DNA from: Flavobacteriales bacterium
GTDB taxonomy: Bacteria; Bacteroidota; Bacteroidia; Flavobacteriales_D; SKUL01
NCBI GenBank assembly: GCA_007129985.1
Contig: SKUL01000292.1
Location: 1-54,193 of the forward strand
Direction of reading: 5' to 3'
Length of the DNA stretch: 54,193 nt
The notes below the pieces were generated by a model, which saw only the letters and a list, made by a program, of their open reading frames with translations, did not search any database and was not told the DNA's origin. This document shows positions 35,377-44,902 of the stretch, in pieces. The stretch's first letter is position 1; each line of letters opens with the position of its first letter. A program made the translations under genes and the position numbers.

Positions 35377-36576
35377 GGCTGTATCATCAAAGTAAGGAGC
35401 AGATTTTCTGAATTGCTCCATCGCCTCCACAATGGAATCATTCAGTTCTGACATGCTGACATTTCTGTTCTGCAACATTGTTTCACCCAATCTTTCCAGC
35501 CCGAAAGCTTCTTTATTGGGGTTTTCCAGTTCGGTTAGGCCGTCGGTGTAGAGCAGAAGCGTATTGGTTTTTTTGAGACGGATATTTCCCTCTTCTACCC
35601 GCGGAATATCTTCGAGCATTCCTAAACCGATACATCCTTTTTCAAGTAGAAAGAGGTCGCTATTACGCATCAGGATGGGTGGATTGTGACCAGCATTGAT
35701 GTATCGCAGACTTTGCTGCTTGAAGTTGACACGAGCAATGAACAGAGTGATAAAGCGCTCACCGCGCGTACTTTGATTTACCCTGTTGTTCAGTACTTCT
35801 ACCATATCGCTCAGCGAGTAATCGGTGTATTGTACCAGCGCGTGCAGGTTGGCCTGAAAATTCGCCATCAAAAAGGCGGCTGAAACTCCTTTTCCGCTCA
35901 CATCGGCCATACAAAAAATGACTTCGTTGTTGTTGAGCGGTATCACGTCGTAGTAGTCGCCACCTACTTGCTGATGCGGTTGGTAGTGAGCAGCAACCTC
36001 CATCCCGTGGGGTACTTCAAACTGCTCAGGCACGAGCATGGCCTGCATTTCGGCCGCCAGCTCCAGCTCTTTGTTCATCCTTTCCTTGATGATGTTCTCC
36101 TTAGCAAGTCGCTTGTTTTCAATGGCCACCGCCAGAATGTTGGTGATGGTCTGAATAAAATTCATGTGCTTGATGGTGGGACTGATCTTGATTTCGTCCT
36201 CATCAATATCGCCAATAATCAAAAAAGCAAGGGGTTGGCTTTGGTGATATACGGGGATCAGCACGTCAAATCCGGCCTGCTCCAGCAGTGAGTTGCTTTC
36301 CAACACACTAATTCCGTCGTACTGGCTGAAAAGTTCCAGCGGGTTCAGATTAATTTCACCCTGAATACCAAAGCTCAAAAGGCAATCCCAGTTGTTTTGC
36401 TCGTTAAAGAGCATCAGCTTACTGATACCAAGTTGCTCCCGGATGATTGTTTCATAAACGCTCAATAACTCCTCAACGGTAGCATTGTCGTTAATGGCCT
36501 TGGTCATCTCCAACAAAGAAGTAAGCTTAAACCTGTTAAGCTGAAGCTTCTCGGTGAGACGATCCAATCGTGTCAT
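35347..36576 (-). CDS. GAF domain-containing PP2C/SpoIIE-family serine phosphatase
   Basis: 409 aa with an N-terminal GAF-like sensor. The C-terminal PP2C motifs include VGGDYYDV and CMADVSGKGVSAAFLMA.... Confidence 0.8.
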   Translation of the reverse strand: MTRLDRLTEKLQLNRFKLTSLLEMTKAINDNATVEELLSVYETIIREQLGISKLMLFNEQNNWDCLLSFGIQGEINLNPLELFSQYDGISVLESNSLLEQAGFDVLIPVYHQSQPLAFLIIGDIDEDEIKISPTIKHMNFIQTITNILAVAIENKRLAKENIIKERMNKELELAAEMQAMLVPEQFEVPHGMEVAAHYQPHQQVGGDYYDVIPLNNNEVIFCMADVSGKGVSAAFLMANFQANLHALVQYTDYSLSDMVEVLNNRVNQSTRGERFITLFIARVNFKQQSLRYINAGHNPPILMRNSDLFLLEKGCIGLGMLEDIPRVEEGNIRLKKTNTLLLYTDGLTELENPNKEAFGLERLGETMLQNRNVSMSELNDSIVEAMEQFRKSAPYFDDTALLSCRFSFS

Positions 36577-37505
36577 AGCTCAAGCTTTTTAATAACCTGG
36601 TCGAGCTTCCGAATCAGTGCAATTTCACGAAACTTACTTCGCGCCTCAAAAGCAGGTGTCCCGAATACAGTTTTACCGGCTTCCACGCCGTTCATCAACC
36701 CTGCTTGAGCGAGAATCGTGGCGCCTTGTTCAATCCTCAGATCACTGGCCAAACCGGCTTGCCCCCAAATGGTTACGTTGTCTTCAATCACCACACAGCC
36801 GGCAACGCCCACCTGTGCGGCAATCAGGCAATTACGGCCAATGATGGAGTCATGACCAACGTGCACCAGGTTGTCAATCTTAGTGCCTCTTCCAATAATA
36901 GTGTCAGCCGAAACTCCGCGGTCAATGCAGGTTTGGGCACCGATTTCCACATGATCTTCAACAACTACACGGCCACAGGTGTGCATTTTGTTGAAAGCGC
37001 CGTCCTGCTTTTTGTAGTAAAATGCGTCAGCACCAATAATGGCCCCTGCGTGAATGGTGACGTGGTTGCCAATGACGCAGTTTTCATAAATCACCACATT
37101 GGCGTGAACTACGGCGTGCTCTCCAATTGTTACGTTGGGCCCGATAATAGCTCCCGGACGAATTTGGGCGGTATCGGCAATTTGAGCTGATGGGTCGCAG
37201 TTATGCGGCCATTTTACCGACGGACTGAACATCCGCGTGAGCTCGTTGTAATCGCGGAAAGGAGCATCTGAAATGAGCAGCGCTTTGCCCTCAGGTGCTT
37301 CCACATCCTTGTCAATAAGAATGGTGGTGGCCGCACTGTTTAGGGCTTTTTCGTAGTATTTGGGGTGATCTACAAACACCAAATCACCGGGTTCAACGCG
37401 GTGAATTTCGTTGATTCCGGTTACGAGATGGTTCTCGTTCCCTGAAAATGAGCAGTTCAGAATACTTGCTATTTCAGCGATGGTATGGGGGCGGGGCAGT
37501 TTCAA
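36573..37505 (-). CDS. lpxD: UDP-3-O-acylglucosamine N-acyltransferase, second (short) paralog
   Basis: 310 aa. The N-terminal IAEIASIL.......N....G.N......PGDL.F......Y is LpxD-like, followed by left-handed beta-helix hexapeptide repeats and a C-terminal helix. Confidence 0.82.
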   Translation of the reverse strand: MKLPRPHTIAEIASILNCSFSGNENHLVTGINEIHRVEPGDLVFVDHPKYYEKALNSAATTILIDKDVEAPEGKALLISDAPFRDYNELTRMFSPSVKWPHNCDPSAQIADTAQIRPGAIIGPNVTIGEHAVVHANVVIYENCVIGNHVTIHAGAIIGADAFYYKKQDGAFNKMHTCGRVVVEDHVEIGAQTCIDRGVSADTIIGRGTKIDNLVHVGHDSIIGRNCLIAAQVGVAGCVVIEDNVTIWGQAGLASDLRIEQGATILAQAGLMNGVEAGKTVFGTPAFEARSKFREIALIRKLDQVIKKLEL

Positions 37506-37511
37506 GGTAGC

Positions 37512-38075
37512 TTACTTTGCTCGTTCGCTGTATGCTCCGGTGCGGGTATCAACCTTGATGCGGTCGCCCTGATTGATGAACAAAGGCACTTTCACTTCGG
37601 CGCCTGTTTCAACCTTGGCCGGTTTCAGGGTGTTGGTTGCCGTGTCGCCTTTCAGGCCCGGCTCGGTATAGGTAACCTCCAGCTCCACAAAGGGAGGAAG
37701 CTCGCAGGTGAGAACAGATTCTTCTTCTGCGTTGAATACGAGCTCGCATATCATTTCGGGCTGCAAAAACTGCGGGCTGTCAACAAGGTGCTCAGGGATG
37801 GTAACCTGCTCATAGTCTTGGATATTCATGAAGTGATAGCCCATTTCGTCATTGTAGAGAAACTGATACTGCCGACGCTCTACGCGTACGGTTTCAATTT
37901 TGTGACCTGCCGAGAAGGTGTTGTCGAGTACCTTTCCGGTGGTGAGGCTTTTAAGTTTGGTGCGCACAAACGCGGGTCCTTTTCCTGGTTTTACGTGTTG
38001 AAATTCAACCACTGTAAAAAGGTCGTGGTTGTGGCGGATGCACAGTCCGTTTTTGATATCTGCAGTTGTTGCCAT
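37512..38075 (-). CDS. efp: Elongation factor P
   Basis: 187 aa with [10 protein letters not shown]......[23 protein letters not shown], the canonical EF-P signature. Confidence 0.95.
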   Translation of the reverse strand: MATTADIKNGLCIRHNHDLFTVVEFQHVKPGKGPAFVRTKLKSLTTGKVLDNTFSAGHKIETVRVERRQYQFLYNDEMGYHFMNIQDYEQVTIPEHLVDSPQFLQPEMICELVFNAEEESVLTCELPPFVELEVTYTEPGLKGDTATNTLKPAKVETGAEVKVPLFINQGDRIKVDTRTGAYSERAK

Positions 38076-38104
38076 GTGGGTTATTTTGATTTCGGGGTGT
38101 AAAG

Positions 38105-38734
38105 TTACGTATTGACTTTGAACGCGGCGAGGTCAATGCGACTACCGGCGCGCATCAGTTCGGTGTGTTGGCTGTTGGAGCATATCACCACAATTCTGTC
38201 GTGGCTTTCGCTTTGGAGCAAGCTGTCGAACCAAGTAATTCCCTGGTCATCGAGGTTACTGGTGGGCTCGTCCAGAAGCAGCACAGAGGTATCGGCCAGC
38301 ATGGCCAAAGCCAGTTTTACGCGTTGGCGCATGCCCGATGAAAATTGCTTCAGAAATTTGTCGGCTGCGTGTTGAAGGCCTGTTTTATCAATCACCTCTT
38401 CAATACTCAGCCCGTTCCTGAAAGGCTTGAATTTCTTTTGCAGGGCAACGGTTTCGCGCAGGGTAAGCCAGTCGTGTTGGTCCAGGTAAGGCGCAGCCAT
38501 CGAAACATGCCTGTAAAGCTCTTCGTCGGAGATGGTCTTGCCTTCTTTGGAAAACGTCACGCTACCTTCACTTGGAACTACAAAACCCGAAATGCATTGA
38601 AGCAGCGTGGATTTACCTGAGCCGTTGGGGCCGGTTATTCCGGTAATGCTGTTTTGCTCAAGCTGAAGGTTGACATCCTTGAAAATCCAGTCGCGCTGGA
38701 ACTTTTTTCCGATATGCTTCAGTTCTAGCTGCAT
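38105..38734 (-). CDS. ABC transporter ATP-binding protein (no adjacent permease)
   Basis: 209 aa with Walker [10 protein letters not shown], signature FSSGMRQR and Walker B LLLDEP. Confidence 0.85.
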   Translation of the reverse strand: MQLELKHIGKKFQRDWIFKDVNLQLEQNSITGITGPNGSGKSTLLQCISGFVVPSEGSVTFSKEGKTISDEELYRHVSMAAPYLDQHDWLTLRETVALQKKFKPFRNGLSIEEVIDKTGLQHAADKFLKQFSSGMRQRVKLALAMLADTSVLLLDEPTSNLDDQGITWFDSLLQSESHDRIVVICSNSQHTELMRAGSRIDLAAFKVNT

Positions 38735-38762
38735 GGTTTCCCGAAGGTCGGGATTACGCTTT

Positions 38763-39545
38763 TTACGGGTTAACAGCGCCTCGTATTACGCCTTTTTCTG
38801 AGGAGTTGATGAAGTTGATGATCGTTGATTTTTCCTCACTGGCCGACAAGCTCTCTTCAGCTAATTTCACTCCGTTGCTCAGGTTGGCATTTTGCACATA
38901 TACCAAACGGTACACGTCTTCAACACTGGCAATCTGTTCATCGCTGAAGCCTCTACGGCGCAAACCAATGCTATTCACTCCGGCGTAGCTAAGCGGTTCG
39001 CGGGCGGCTTTCACAAAGGGAGGAACGTTTTTGCGCACCAACGAGCCACCTGCAATAAACGCGTGTTGCCCTACGCGTACAAATTGCTGAATGGCTACTA
39101 CTCCCTCAATCACCACAAAGTCTTCTATCACCACGTGGCCAGCAATGGTGGCAGCGTTTGCGAGAATGCAGTTATTACCCACTTCAGCATCATGCGCTAT
39201 GTGCACATAGGCCATCAGCAGACAATTGTTGCCCACCACCGTTTTGTGTTTGTCGGCGGTACCCCGATTGATGGTTACGCATTCGCGGATGGTGGTATTG
39301 TCACCAATTTCGGCGGTGGTTACTTCACCGGCAAATTTCAAATCCTGTGGAATGGCCGATATCACAGCACCGGGAAATATTCGGCAATTTTTACCGATTC
39401 GGGCGCCGTCCATGATGGTAACGTTGGGCATAATCGTGGTGCCGTCGCCAATTTCTACATCGGCGGCCACTGATACAAAAGGCCCTATGCTTACGTCTTT
39501 TCCGATTTTGGCATCGGGGTGTACTACTGCCAGCTCGTGGATCAT
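38763..39545 (-). CDS. lpxA: Acyl-ACP--UDP-N-acetylglucosamine O-acyltransferase
   Basis: 260 aa with hexapeptide repeats. The N-terminal IH..A.V.P.A.IG..V.IGPF and the C-terminal helical domain fit LpxA, and it sits directly downstream of lpxC-fabZ. Confidence 0.9.
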   Translation of the reverse strand: MIHELAVVHPDAKIGKDVSIGPFVSVAADVEIGDGTTIMPNVTIMDGARIGKNCRIFPGAVISAIPQDLKFAGEVTTAEIGDNTTIRECVTINRGTADKHKTVVGNNCLLMAYVHIAHDAEVGNNCILANAATIAGHVVIEDFVVIEGVVAIQQFVRVGQHAFIAGGSLVRKNVPPFVKAAREPLSYAGVNSIGLRRRGFSDEQIASVEDVYRLVYVQNANLSNGVKLAEESLSASEEKSTIINFINSSEKGVIRGAVNP

Positions 39546-40945
39546 TCTTTCTCTTTTACAATTTGCGCCATGAGTTCGCCCTCCGACGCTACCTGACCGT
39601 TTACGTATGCCGTGCCCTTCATTTGTACAATGCCCCTGCGGATGGGTGCTGTAAGTTCGAGCTTAAACACCAGTGTATCACCGGGAATGACTTTTCGCTT
39701 AAACCGAACGTTGTCAATTTTCAGGAAGTAGGTTCCGTAGTTAGAGGGTTCCTCAACGGTACTGAGCGCAAATATACCACCAACTTGCGCCATGGCCTCT
39801 ATTTGCAGAACGCCGGGCATTACGGGGTTTCCGGGAAAATGCCCTTGAAAAAAGGGCTCGTTCATGGTTACGTTTTTCACGCCCACAATGCTGTTTTCAT
39901 TCACCTCAATGACCTTGTCAACCAGTAGAAAAGGGTAGCGGTGAGGTAACATCCGGGTAATGTCGTTGATATCGTGAACCGGTTCTTTATCAAGGTCGAA
40001 GTGCACCTTGCCCGATTTTTCCTTGCGGATGAGGTCTTTAATGATTTTGGCAAAAGCCACATTTCCACCGTGGCCGGGTCTGGCCGCGAGAATATGTCCT
40101 TTCAGCGGCCGGCCGACAAGTGCTAAATCGCCTACAATGTCGAGCAGTTTATGTCGTGCGGGTTCGTTTTCGAATTGGAGTTTGGTGGTGTTCAACACAC
40201 CGATTCCCTCCACCTTGATTTTTTTGTCTTCTTTTCCAAGAAGCTTAGCGAGTTCCGCCAGTTTATCGTCCGAAACGGTTTCGCCCACAAGTACAATGGC
40301 GTTGTCGAGGTCGCCGCCTTTGATGAGACCTGCTTTCGCGAGTGCTTCCAATTCGCGCAAAAACACAAAGGTTCGGCAGGAAGCGATTTCATTTTTGAAA
40401 TCTTCCAATCGATACATGGATGCATGCTGCGTTCCGAGTACCGGAGAGTTGTAATCAACCATCACCGTAATGCGAAACTCTTCTCCGGGGGTGGGTACAG
40501 CCAGCATTTCCACATACCCCTCATCGTCCTCGTAGTAGAGATTTTCTTTGAGTACAAAGTAATTGCGGTCTTTGTGCTGAGCCTCGATGCCGGCATCTTC
40601 AATGGCCTCAACAAAGAGCTTGGCGCTTCCGTCCATGATGGGCACTTCAGGGCCATTTACCTGGATAATCGCATTGTCCACCTGACAGCCGTAAAGTGCC
40701 GCCAGTACGTGCTCGGTGGTATGAACCCGCGCTCCGTTTGCTTCAAGCGTAGTGCCGCGCTGTGTGCTTACCACATTATCTACGTCAGCTTTGATGAGCG
40801 GCTCTCCGGGCAGATCGGTGCGCTGAAACACATAGCCGTGGTCTTCAGGGGCGGGGAGGATGGTGAGTTGGGTGATTTCTCCGGTATGCAATCCTACACC
40901 TTGAAGGGATACGGACTGCTTAATGGTTCGCTGCTTATCGCTCAT
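39542..40945 (-). CDS. lpxC/fabZ: Bifunctional UDP-3-O-acyl-GlcNAc deacetylase / 3-hydroxyacyl-ACP dehydratase (LpxC-FabZ fusion)
   Basis: 467 aa. The N-terminal LpxC part shows QRTIK......GVGLHTG and HTTEH. The C-terminal FabZ hot-dog part shows LPHR.PFLLVD and FF.GHFP..P.MPGVL..EA.AQ. This fusion is typical of Bacteroidota. Confidence 0.95.
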   Translation of the reverse strand: MSDKQRTIKQSVSLQGVGLHTGEITQLTILPAPEDHGYVFQRTDLPGEPLIKADVDNVVSTQRGTTLEANGARVHTTEHVLAALYGCQVDNAIIQVNGPEVPIMDGSAKLFVEAIEDAGIEAQHKDRNYFVLKENLYYEDDEGYVEMLAVPTPGEEFRITVMVDYNSPVLGTQHASMYRLEDFKNEIASCRTFVFLRELEALAKAGLIKGGDLDNAIVLVGETVSDDKLAELAKLLGKEDKKIKVEGIGVLNTTKLQFENEPARHKLLDIVGDLALVGRPLKGHILAARPGHGGNVAFAKIIKDLIRKEKSGKVHFDLDKEPVHDINDITRMLPHRYPFLLVDKVIEVNENSIVGVKNVTMNEPFFQGHFPGNPVMPGVLQIEAMAQVGGIFALSTVEEPSNYGTYFLKIDNVRFKRKVIPGDTLVFKLELTAPIRRGIVQMKGTAYVNGQVASEGELMAQIVKEKE

Positions 40946-41991
40946 GTAGGTAAATCTTTTTTCAGCGTTGCAATTTGTTCTTCCAGTTCGCGGATTTGTT
41001 GTTGTAGCTCAGGTAATTTCCTGAACATGACGTACGATCTTTTGTAATCGCCCACGGCAAAAGCCGGCGACCCTTGCACAATGGCATCGTCGGGTAAATC
41101 AGAGGCAATGCCTGACTGAGCGGCAATTTTTACCCGATTTCCGATTTTGAGATGCCCAACAATGCCTACCTGCCCGCCAATCATGCAGTTATTGCCAATT
41201 TTGGTGGATCCGGCAATTCCGGCCTGTGCTGCTATTACGGTGTTTTCGCCAATTTCTACGTTGTGGGCTACCTGAATCAGGTTGTCCAGTTTTACGCCCT
41301 TGTGAATACGCGTAGAACCCAGTGTAGCGCGGTCAATGGTAGTTCCGGCGCCAATTTCAACGTGGTCGGCGATGATGACATTTCCAATCTGAGCCACCTT
41401 GTTAAACTGATTGTTTTGGTTAGGCGCAAATCCAAATCCATCGCTACCTATAACTACCCCGGCATGCAGGGTACAGTGGTCGCCTATCACACAGTCGTGG
41501 TAAATCACCACACCCGGAAAAAGGATGCAGCCTTCACCGATGCGCACGTTATCGCCCACGGTTACGTTGGGGTAAATCTTTGTGCCTTTGCCGATTTGCA
41601 CATTTTCGCCAATGTAAACGCCAGCACTTACAAGCACGTCTGCACCTACAGATGCCGTGGCTTCGATGTGGCTTTTTTCGTGAATTCCGGTTTTTGCGTG
41701 AAGCATGTGGTTGTACAACTCCAATAACTTGGCAAAACTCTCGTAGGCGTTTTCTACGCGAATAAGGGTGCAGGTTTCAGGGACGCTTCGCTCGGGCTCA
41801 AATTCTTTGCTCACTATCACAATCGAGGCGCGGGTGGAATAGAGGTGCGGTGCATATTTGGGGTTGGCCAAAAAAGAAAGGGTGTGGGTCTCGCCCTCCT
41901 CAATTTTTGAAAGGCCGCTCACCCGCGCATTGGGATCGCCGGTGATTTCACCATCAAGGATTTCCGCAATCTGACGCGCCGTAAATTCCAT
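40942..41991 (-). CDS. lpxD: UDP-3-O-acylglucosamine N-acyltransferase (main paralog)
   Basis: The track ORF was trimmed to ATG 41991 (MEFTARQIAEILDGEITGD), giving 349 aa with a long hexapeptide-repeat region. There is a 4-nt overlap with lpxC-fabZ. Confidence 0.9.
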   Translation of the reverse strand: MEFTARQIAEILDGEITGDPNARVSGLSKIEEGETHTLSFLANPKYAPHLYSTRASIVIVSKEFEPERSVPETCTLIRVENAYESFAKLLELYNHMLHAKTGIHEKSHIEATASVGADVLVSAGVYIGENVQIGKGTKIYPNVTVGDNVRIGEGCILFPGVVIYHDCVIGDHCTLHAGVVIGSDGFGFAPNQNNQFNKVAQIGNVIIADHVEIGAGTTIDRATLGSTRIHKGVKLDNLIQVAHNVEIGENTVIAAQAGIAGSTKIGNNCMIGGQVGIVGHLKIGNRVKIAAQSGIASDLPDDAIVQGSPAFAVGDYKRSYVMFRKLPELQQQIRELEEQIATLKKDLPT

Positions 41992-42031
41992 CGGGCAAAG
42001 ATAAAAATTATCCGATTGCGTTAGATTTCTG

Positions 42032-43282
42032 TTATTCAGTGTGATAAATGTCTTTGGGGTAGCAAATGAAGTACTTGGTAACCGCCTCAGACAGCATCGA
42101 AATATTGAGCGTATCGGAGGCCGCAGCAATGTCTTTTACCTCGTCGTTTTTGTTGAGAATCATGATGCGCTCATCGGTTTTGGCGTAGGCCAGGTTACTG
42201 ATTTGATCCTGCACCACAAAGTACTGGGTTTCCCCGGGCGTGAGGCCAATGCGCGCTGCGGTTTTCTCCAGAATGCGTTGATGATGGGCAGGGTCAATCG
42301 GCTCTTTTTGAATCTCAATTTTAAAAAGACGCCGATCAATGAGACGTTGACATAGCTCACTCAATACACGGTCGTTGTGACCGGTCCACACCTTGATGGC
42401 GCCCATGATGTCGTAATCGTCAAGACCTGCATAGGCCTCCAGGATTTCGGGCTGTTCAAATGCTTTGCGCGGGTGAAATTGGTATAGAAAGATTCGGAGA
42501 TTGGGCGAACAAAAAAGCTCCTCACCACCGTGAGCCAACTCGCGGGCGCGCTCCATGATTTTCACCAGCATAAACTCGGCAGCAATCACTGTTTTGTGGA
42601 GATATACCTGCCAGTACATGAGCCTGCGGGCTACAATGAACTTCTCAATGCTGTAAATGCCTTTTTCCTCCACCACGAGCGTATCATCGGCAATGTTGAG
42701 CATTTTAATGATGCGCTGGCTGCTCACCACACCCTCACTTACTCCGCTGTAAAAGCTGTCGCGACGCAGATAGTCCAACCGGTCCATATCTAGCTGCCCG
42801 GATATGAGCTGCGAAAGAAATTTCTTGGGGTAATCGTGCGTAAAAATCCGGATGGCTGTGCTGAGCCTACCCCCGAATTGCTCGTTAAGGGCATGCATAA
42901 AAATGAGCGACAAACTCTCGTGGTTGATGTCGCGAACGATGGTATGTTCTAAAGTATGTGAAAAAGGCGCATGGCCGATGTCGTGCAAAAGAATGGCAAT
43001 GAGAGCGCCTTGTTCTTCGTCGGAAGTGATTTCATGGCCTTTGTTCCGAAGCACGTCAATGGCTTGCTGCATCAGGTGCATAGCGCCGATGGCGTGGTGA
43101 AAACGCGTATGCAATGCGCCTGGATAAACAAGATGCGACAGCCCGAGTTGCTTGATGCGCCGCAGCCGCTGAAACCACGGATGCTCAATTAAATCCGCAA
43201 TAAGTTCGTTGGGGATGGTAATAAAACCGTAAACGGGGTCGTTCAATATTTTCCGTTTATTTGACGGTGCCGAGTAAGCCAA
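42032..43282 (-). CDS. HD-domain phosphohydrolase, SAMHD1/dNTP triphosphohydrolase-like
   Basis: ILNDPVYGFITIP..LI..LIEHPWFQRLRRIKQLG......YPGA.HTRFHH..G..HL and LLHDIGH.PFSH match the HD dNTPase-like family. The track ORF extends to 43723 over the porX start. There is no in-frame ATG, so I chose TTG 43282, and the start remains uncertain. Confidence 0.75.
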   Translation of the reverse strand: MAYSAPSNKRKILNDPVYGFITIPNELIADLIEHPWFQRLRRIKQLGLSHLVYPGALHTRFHHAIGAMHLMQQAIDVLRNKGHEITSDEEQGALIAILLHDIGHAPFSHTLEHTIVRDINHESLSLIFMHALNEQFGGRLSTAIRIFTHDYPKKFLSQLISGQLDMDRLDYLRRDSFYSGVSEGVVSSQRIIKMLNIADDTLVVEEKGIYSIEKFIVARRLMYWQVYLHKTVIAAEFMLVKIMERARELAHGGEELFCSPNLRIFLYQFHPRKAFEQPEILEAYAGLDDYDIMGAIKVWTGHNDRVLSELCQRLIDRRLFKIEIQKEPIDPAHHQRILEKTAARIGLTPGETQYFVVQDQISNLAYAKTDERIMILNKNDEVKDIAAASDTLNISMLSEAVTKYFICYPKDIYHTE

Positions 43283-43351
43283 GTGTGCCAGTTTTGAATG
43301 CGCCTGGTCAAATGTATAACTTTTCAAACCTATTCTAATCCACTTCGCAAT

Positions 43352-44899
43352 ATGAGCAGTACCATTCTTTGGGCCGACGACGAAATAGAACTTCTTAAAC
43401 CCCACATTCTCTTTCTGGAGGAAAAGGGATACAAAGTGATTACCGTAACCAGCGGAAACGACGCCCTGGATGTGGTGGAGGAAAACGACCTCGACATCGT
43501 TTTTCTGGACGAGAACATGCCGGGTTTGTCCGGACTGGAAACCCTGACACAGATCAAAGCCAAGTTTCCCTCTTTGCCCATCATTATGATTACCAAGAGC
43601 GAAGAGGAATCCATCATGGAAGAAGCCATCGGTTCCAAAATTTCCGACTACCTCATCAAGCCGGTCAACCCCAAGCAGATATTGCTTACCATCAAGAAAA
43701 ACCTGGATGAAAAGCGCCTGCAAAACGAGAAGGCTACCGTAAATTATCAGCAGGAATTCAGGCAGATTGGAATGCGCTTAAACGACCGTTTGGATGTGGA
43801 AGAATGGAAAGAGCTTTACCGGAAAATTGTGTTCTGGGATTTGGAACTCGCCAAAGGAGATCAAGGCATGGAGGAAGTGCTTCAAATGCAGAAAAAGGAG
43901 GCCAATCGCGCCTTTGCCCGCTTTGTGAGCGACCATTACGAGTCGTGGGTGAATGCCAAAGGCGACGATGCTCCGGTGATGGCCCACAATGTTTTTCGCA
44001 GAAAAATTGCCCCCGAGATTTCGGATGAGCCCATGTTTCTTATTGTGATTGACAACCTCCGATACGACCAATACCTGGTGCTCAAGCCGGTGTTGAACCG
44101 AATGTTCAGGGTGGAAAGCGAGAGCATTTATTTCAGTATTCTCCCTACCGCTACCCAATATGCGCGCAACGCCTTTTTTGCAGGAATGATGCCGCTGGAG
44201 ATTCAGCAAAAATTCCCAAAGTACTGGTTGAATGATGAAGACGAAGGTGGTAAAAATAAGTTTGAGTCGGAACTGCTTCAGGAACAGCTCAAAAGCCTCG
44301 GAAAGAACATCCGCTACAGCTACAACAAGATTACCAATTTGAACGCGGGCAAAAAGCTGAGTGATCAACTCAGTAATCTGGAAAACAATCAGCTCAATGT
44401 GATTGTCTACAATTTTGTGGACATGCTTTCGCACGCGCGTACCGATATGGAGGTTATTCGCGAGCTCGCCGACGACGAAGCTGCCTATCGCTCACTCACG
44501 CTGAGTTGGTTTGAGCACTCGCCCCTGCTCGATATGATGCGACAGATTTCGGAGCGCGGCCACCGCATGATGCTCACTACCGATCACGGTACCATGCACG
44601 TTGATAACCCTGTGCGTGTGGTGGGCGACCGAAATACATCCACCAACCTGCGCTACAAACAGGGAAAAAACCTGAGCTACGACGCCGGTGAAGTGTTTGA
44701 GGTATCCGACCCACATCGGCTTAAGCTGCCCAAAACCAATGTGAGTTCGCGTTATGTATTTTGCAGGGAGAACGACTTTTTCGTCTATCCCAACAACCAG
44801 AATTACTACGTGAACTACTATCGCAATACCTTCCAGCACGGTGGTGTATCCCTTGAGGAAATGATGATTCCGTTGGCTTCATTCCGAAAAAGAACGTAG
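43352..44899 (+). CDS. porX: PorX-type response regulator (CheY receiver + PglZ/alkaline-phosphatase-like domain)
   Basis: The track ORF was trimmed to ATG 43352, giving 515 aa. The receiver shows ILWADDE...D.VFLDENMPG..G...K. The PglZ motifs are VIDNLRYDQ, FVDMLSHAR and TTDHGT. Size and architecture match PorX of the T9SS regulatory pair. Confidence 0.78.
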   Translation: MSSTILWADDEIELLKPHILFLEEKGYKVITVTSGNDALDVVEENDLDIVFLDENMPGLSGLETLTQIKAKFPSLPIIMITKSEEESIMEEAIGSKISDYLIKPVNPKQILLTIKKNLDEKRLQNEKATVNYQQEFRQIGMRLNDRLDVEEWKELYRKIVFWDLELAKGDQGMEEVLQMQKKEANRAFARFVSDHYESWVNAKGDDAPVMAHNVFRRKIAPEISDEPMFLIVIDNLRYDQYLVLKPVLNRMFRVESESIYFSILPTATQYARNAFFAGMMPLEIQQKFPKYWLNDEDEGGKNKFESELLQEQLKSLGKNIRYSYNKITNLNAGKKLSDQLSNLENNQLNVIVYNFVDMLSHARTDMEVIRELADDEAAYRSLTLSWFEHSPLLDMMRQISERGHRMMLTTDHGTMHVDNPVRVVGDRNTSTNLRYKQGKNLSYDAGEVFEVSDPHRLKLPKTNVSSRYVFCRENDFFVYPNNQNYYVNYYRNTFQHGGVSLEEMMIPLASFRKRT

Positions 44900-44902
44900 A
44901 GC

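Noticed and set aside
43283-43723. The N-terminal 147 aa of track ORF 42032..43723.
   Set aside because: This extension runs antisense across the porX start and receiver domain and has no family-like sequence. The HD-domain homology begins at ...KILNDPVYGF, so the gene was trimmed to a TTG at 43282.
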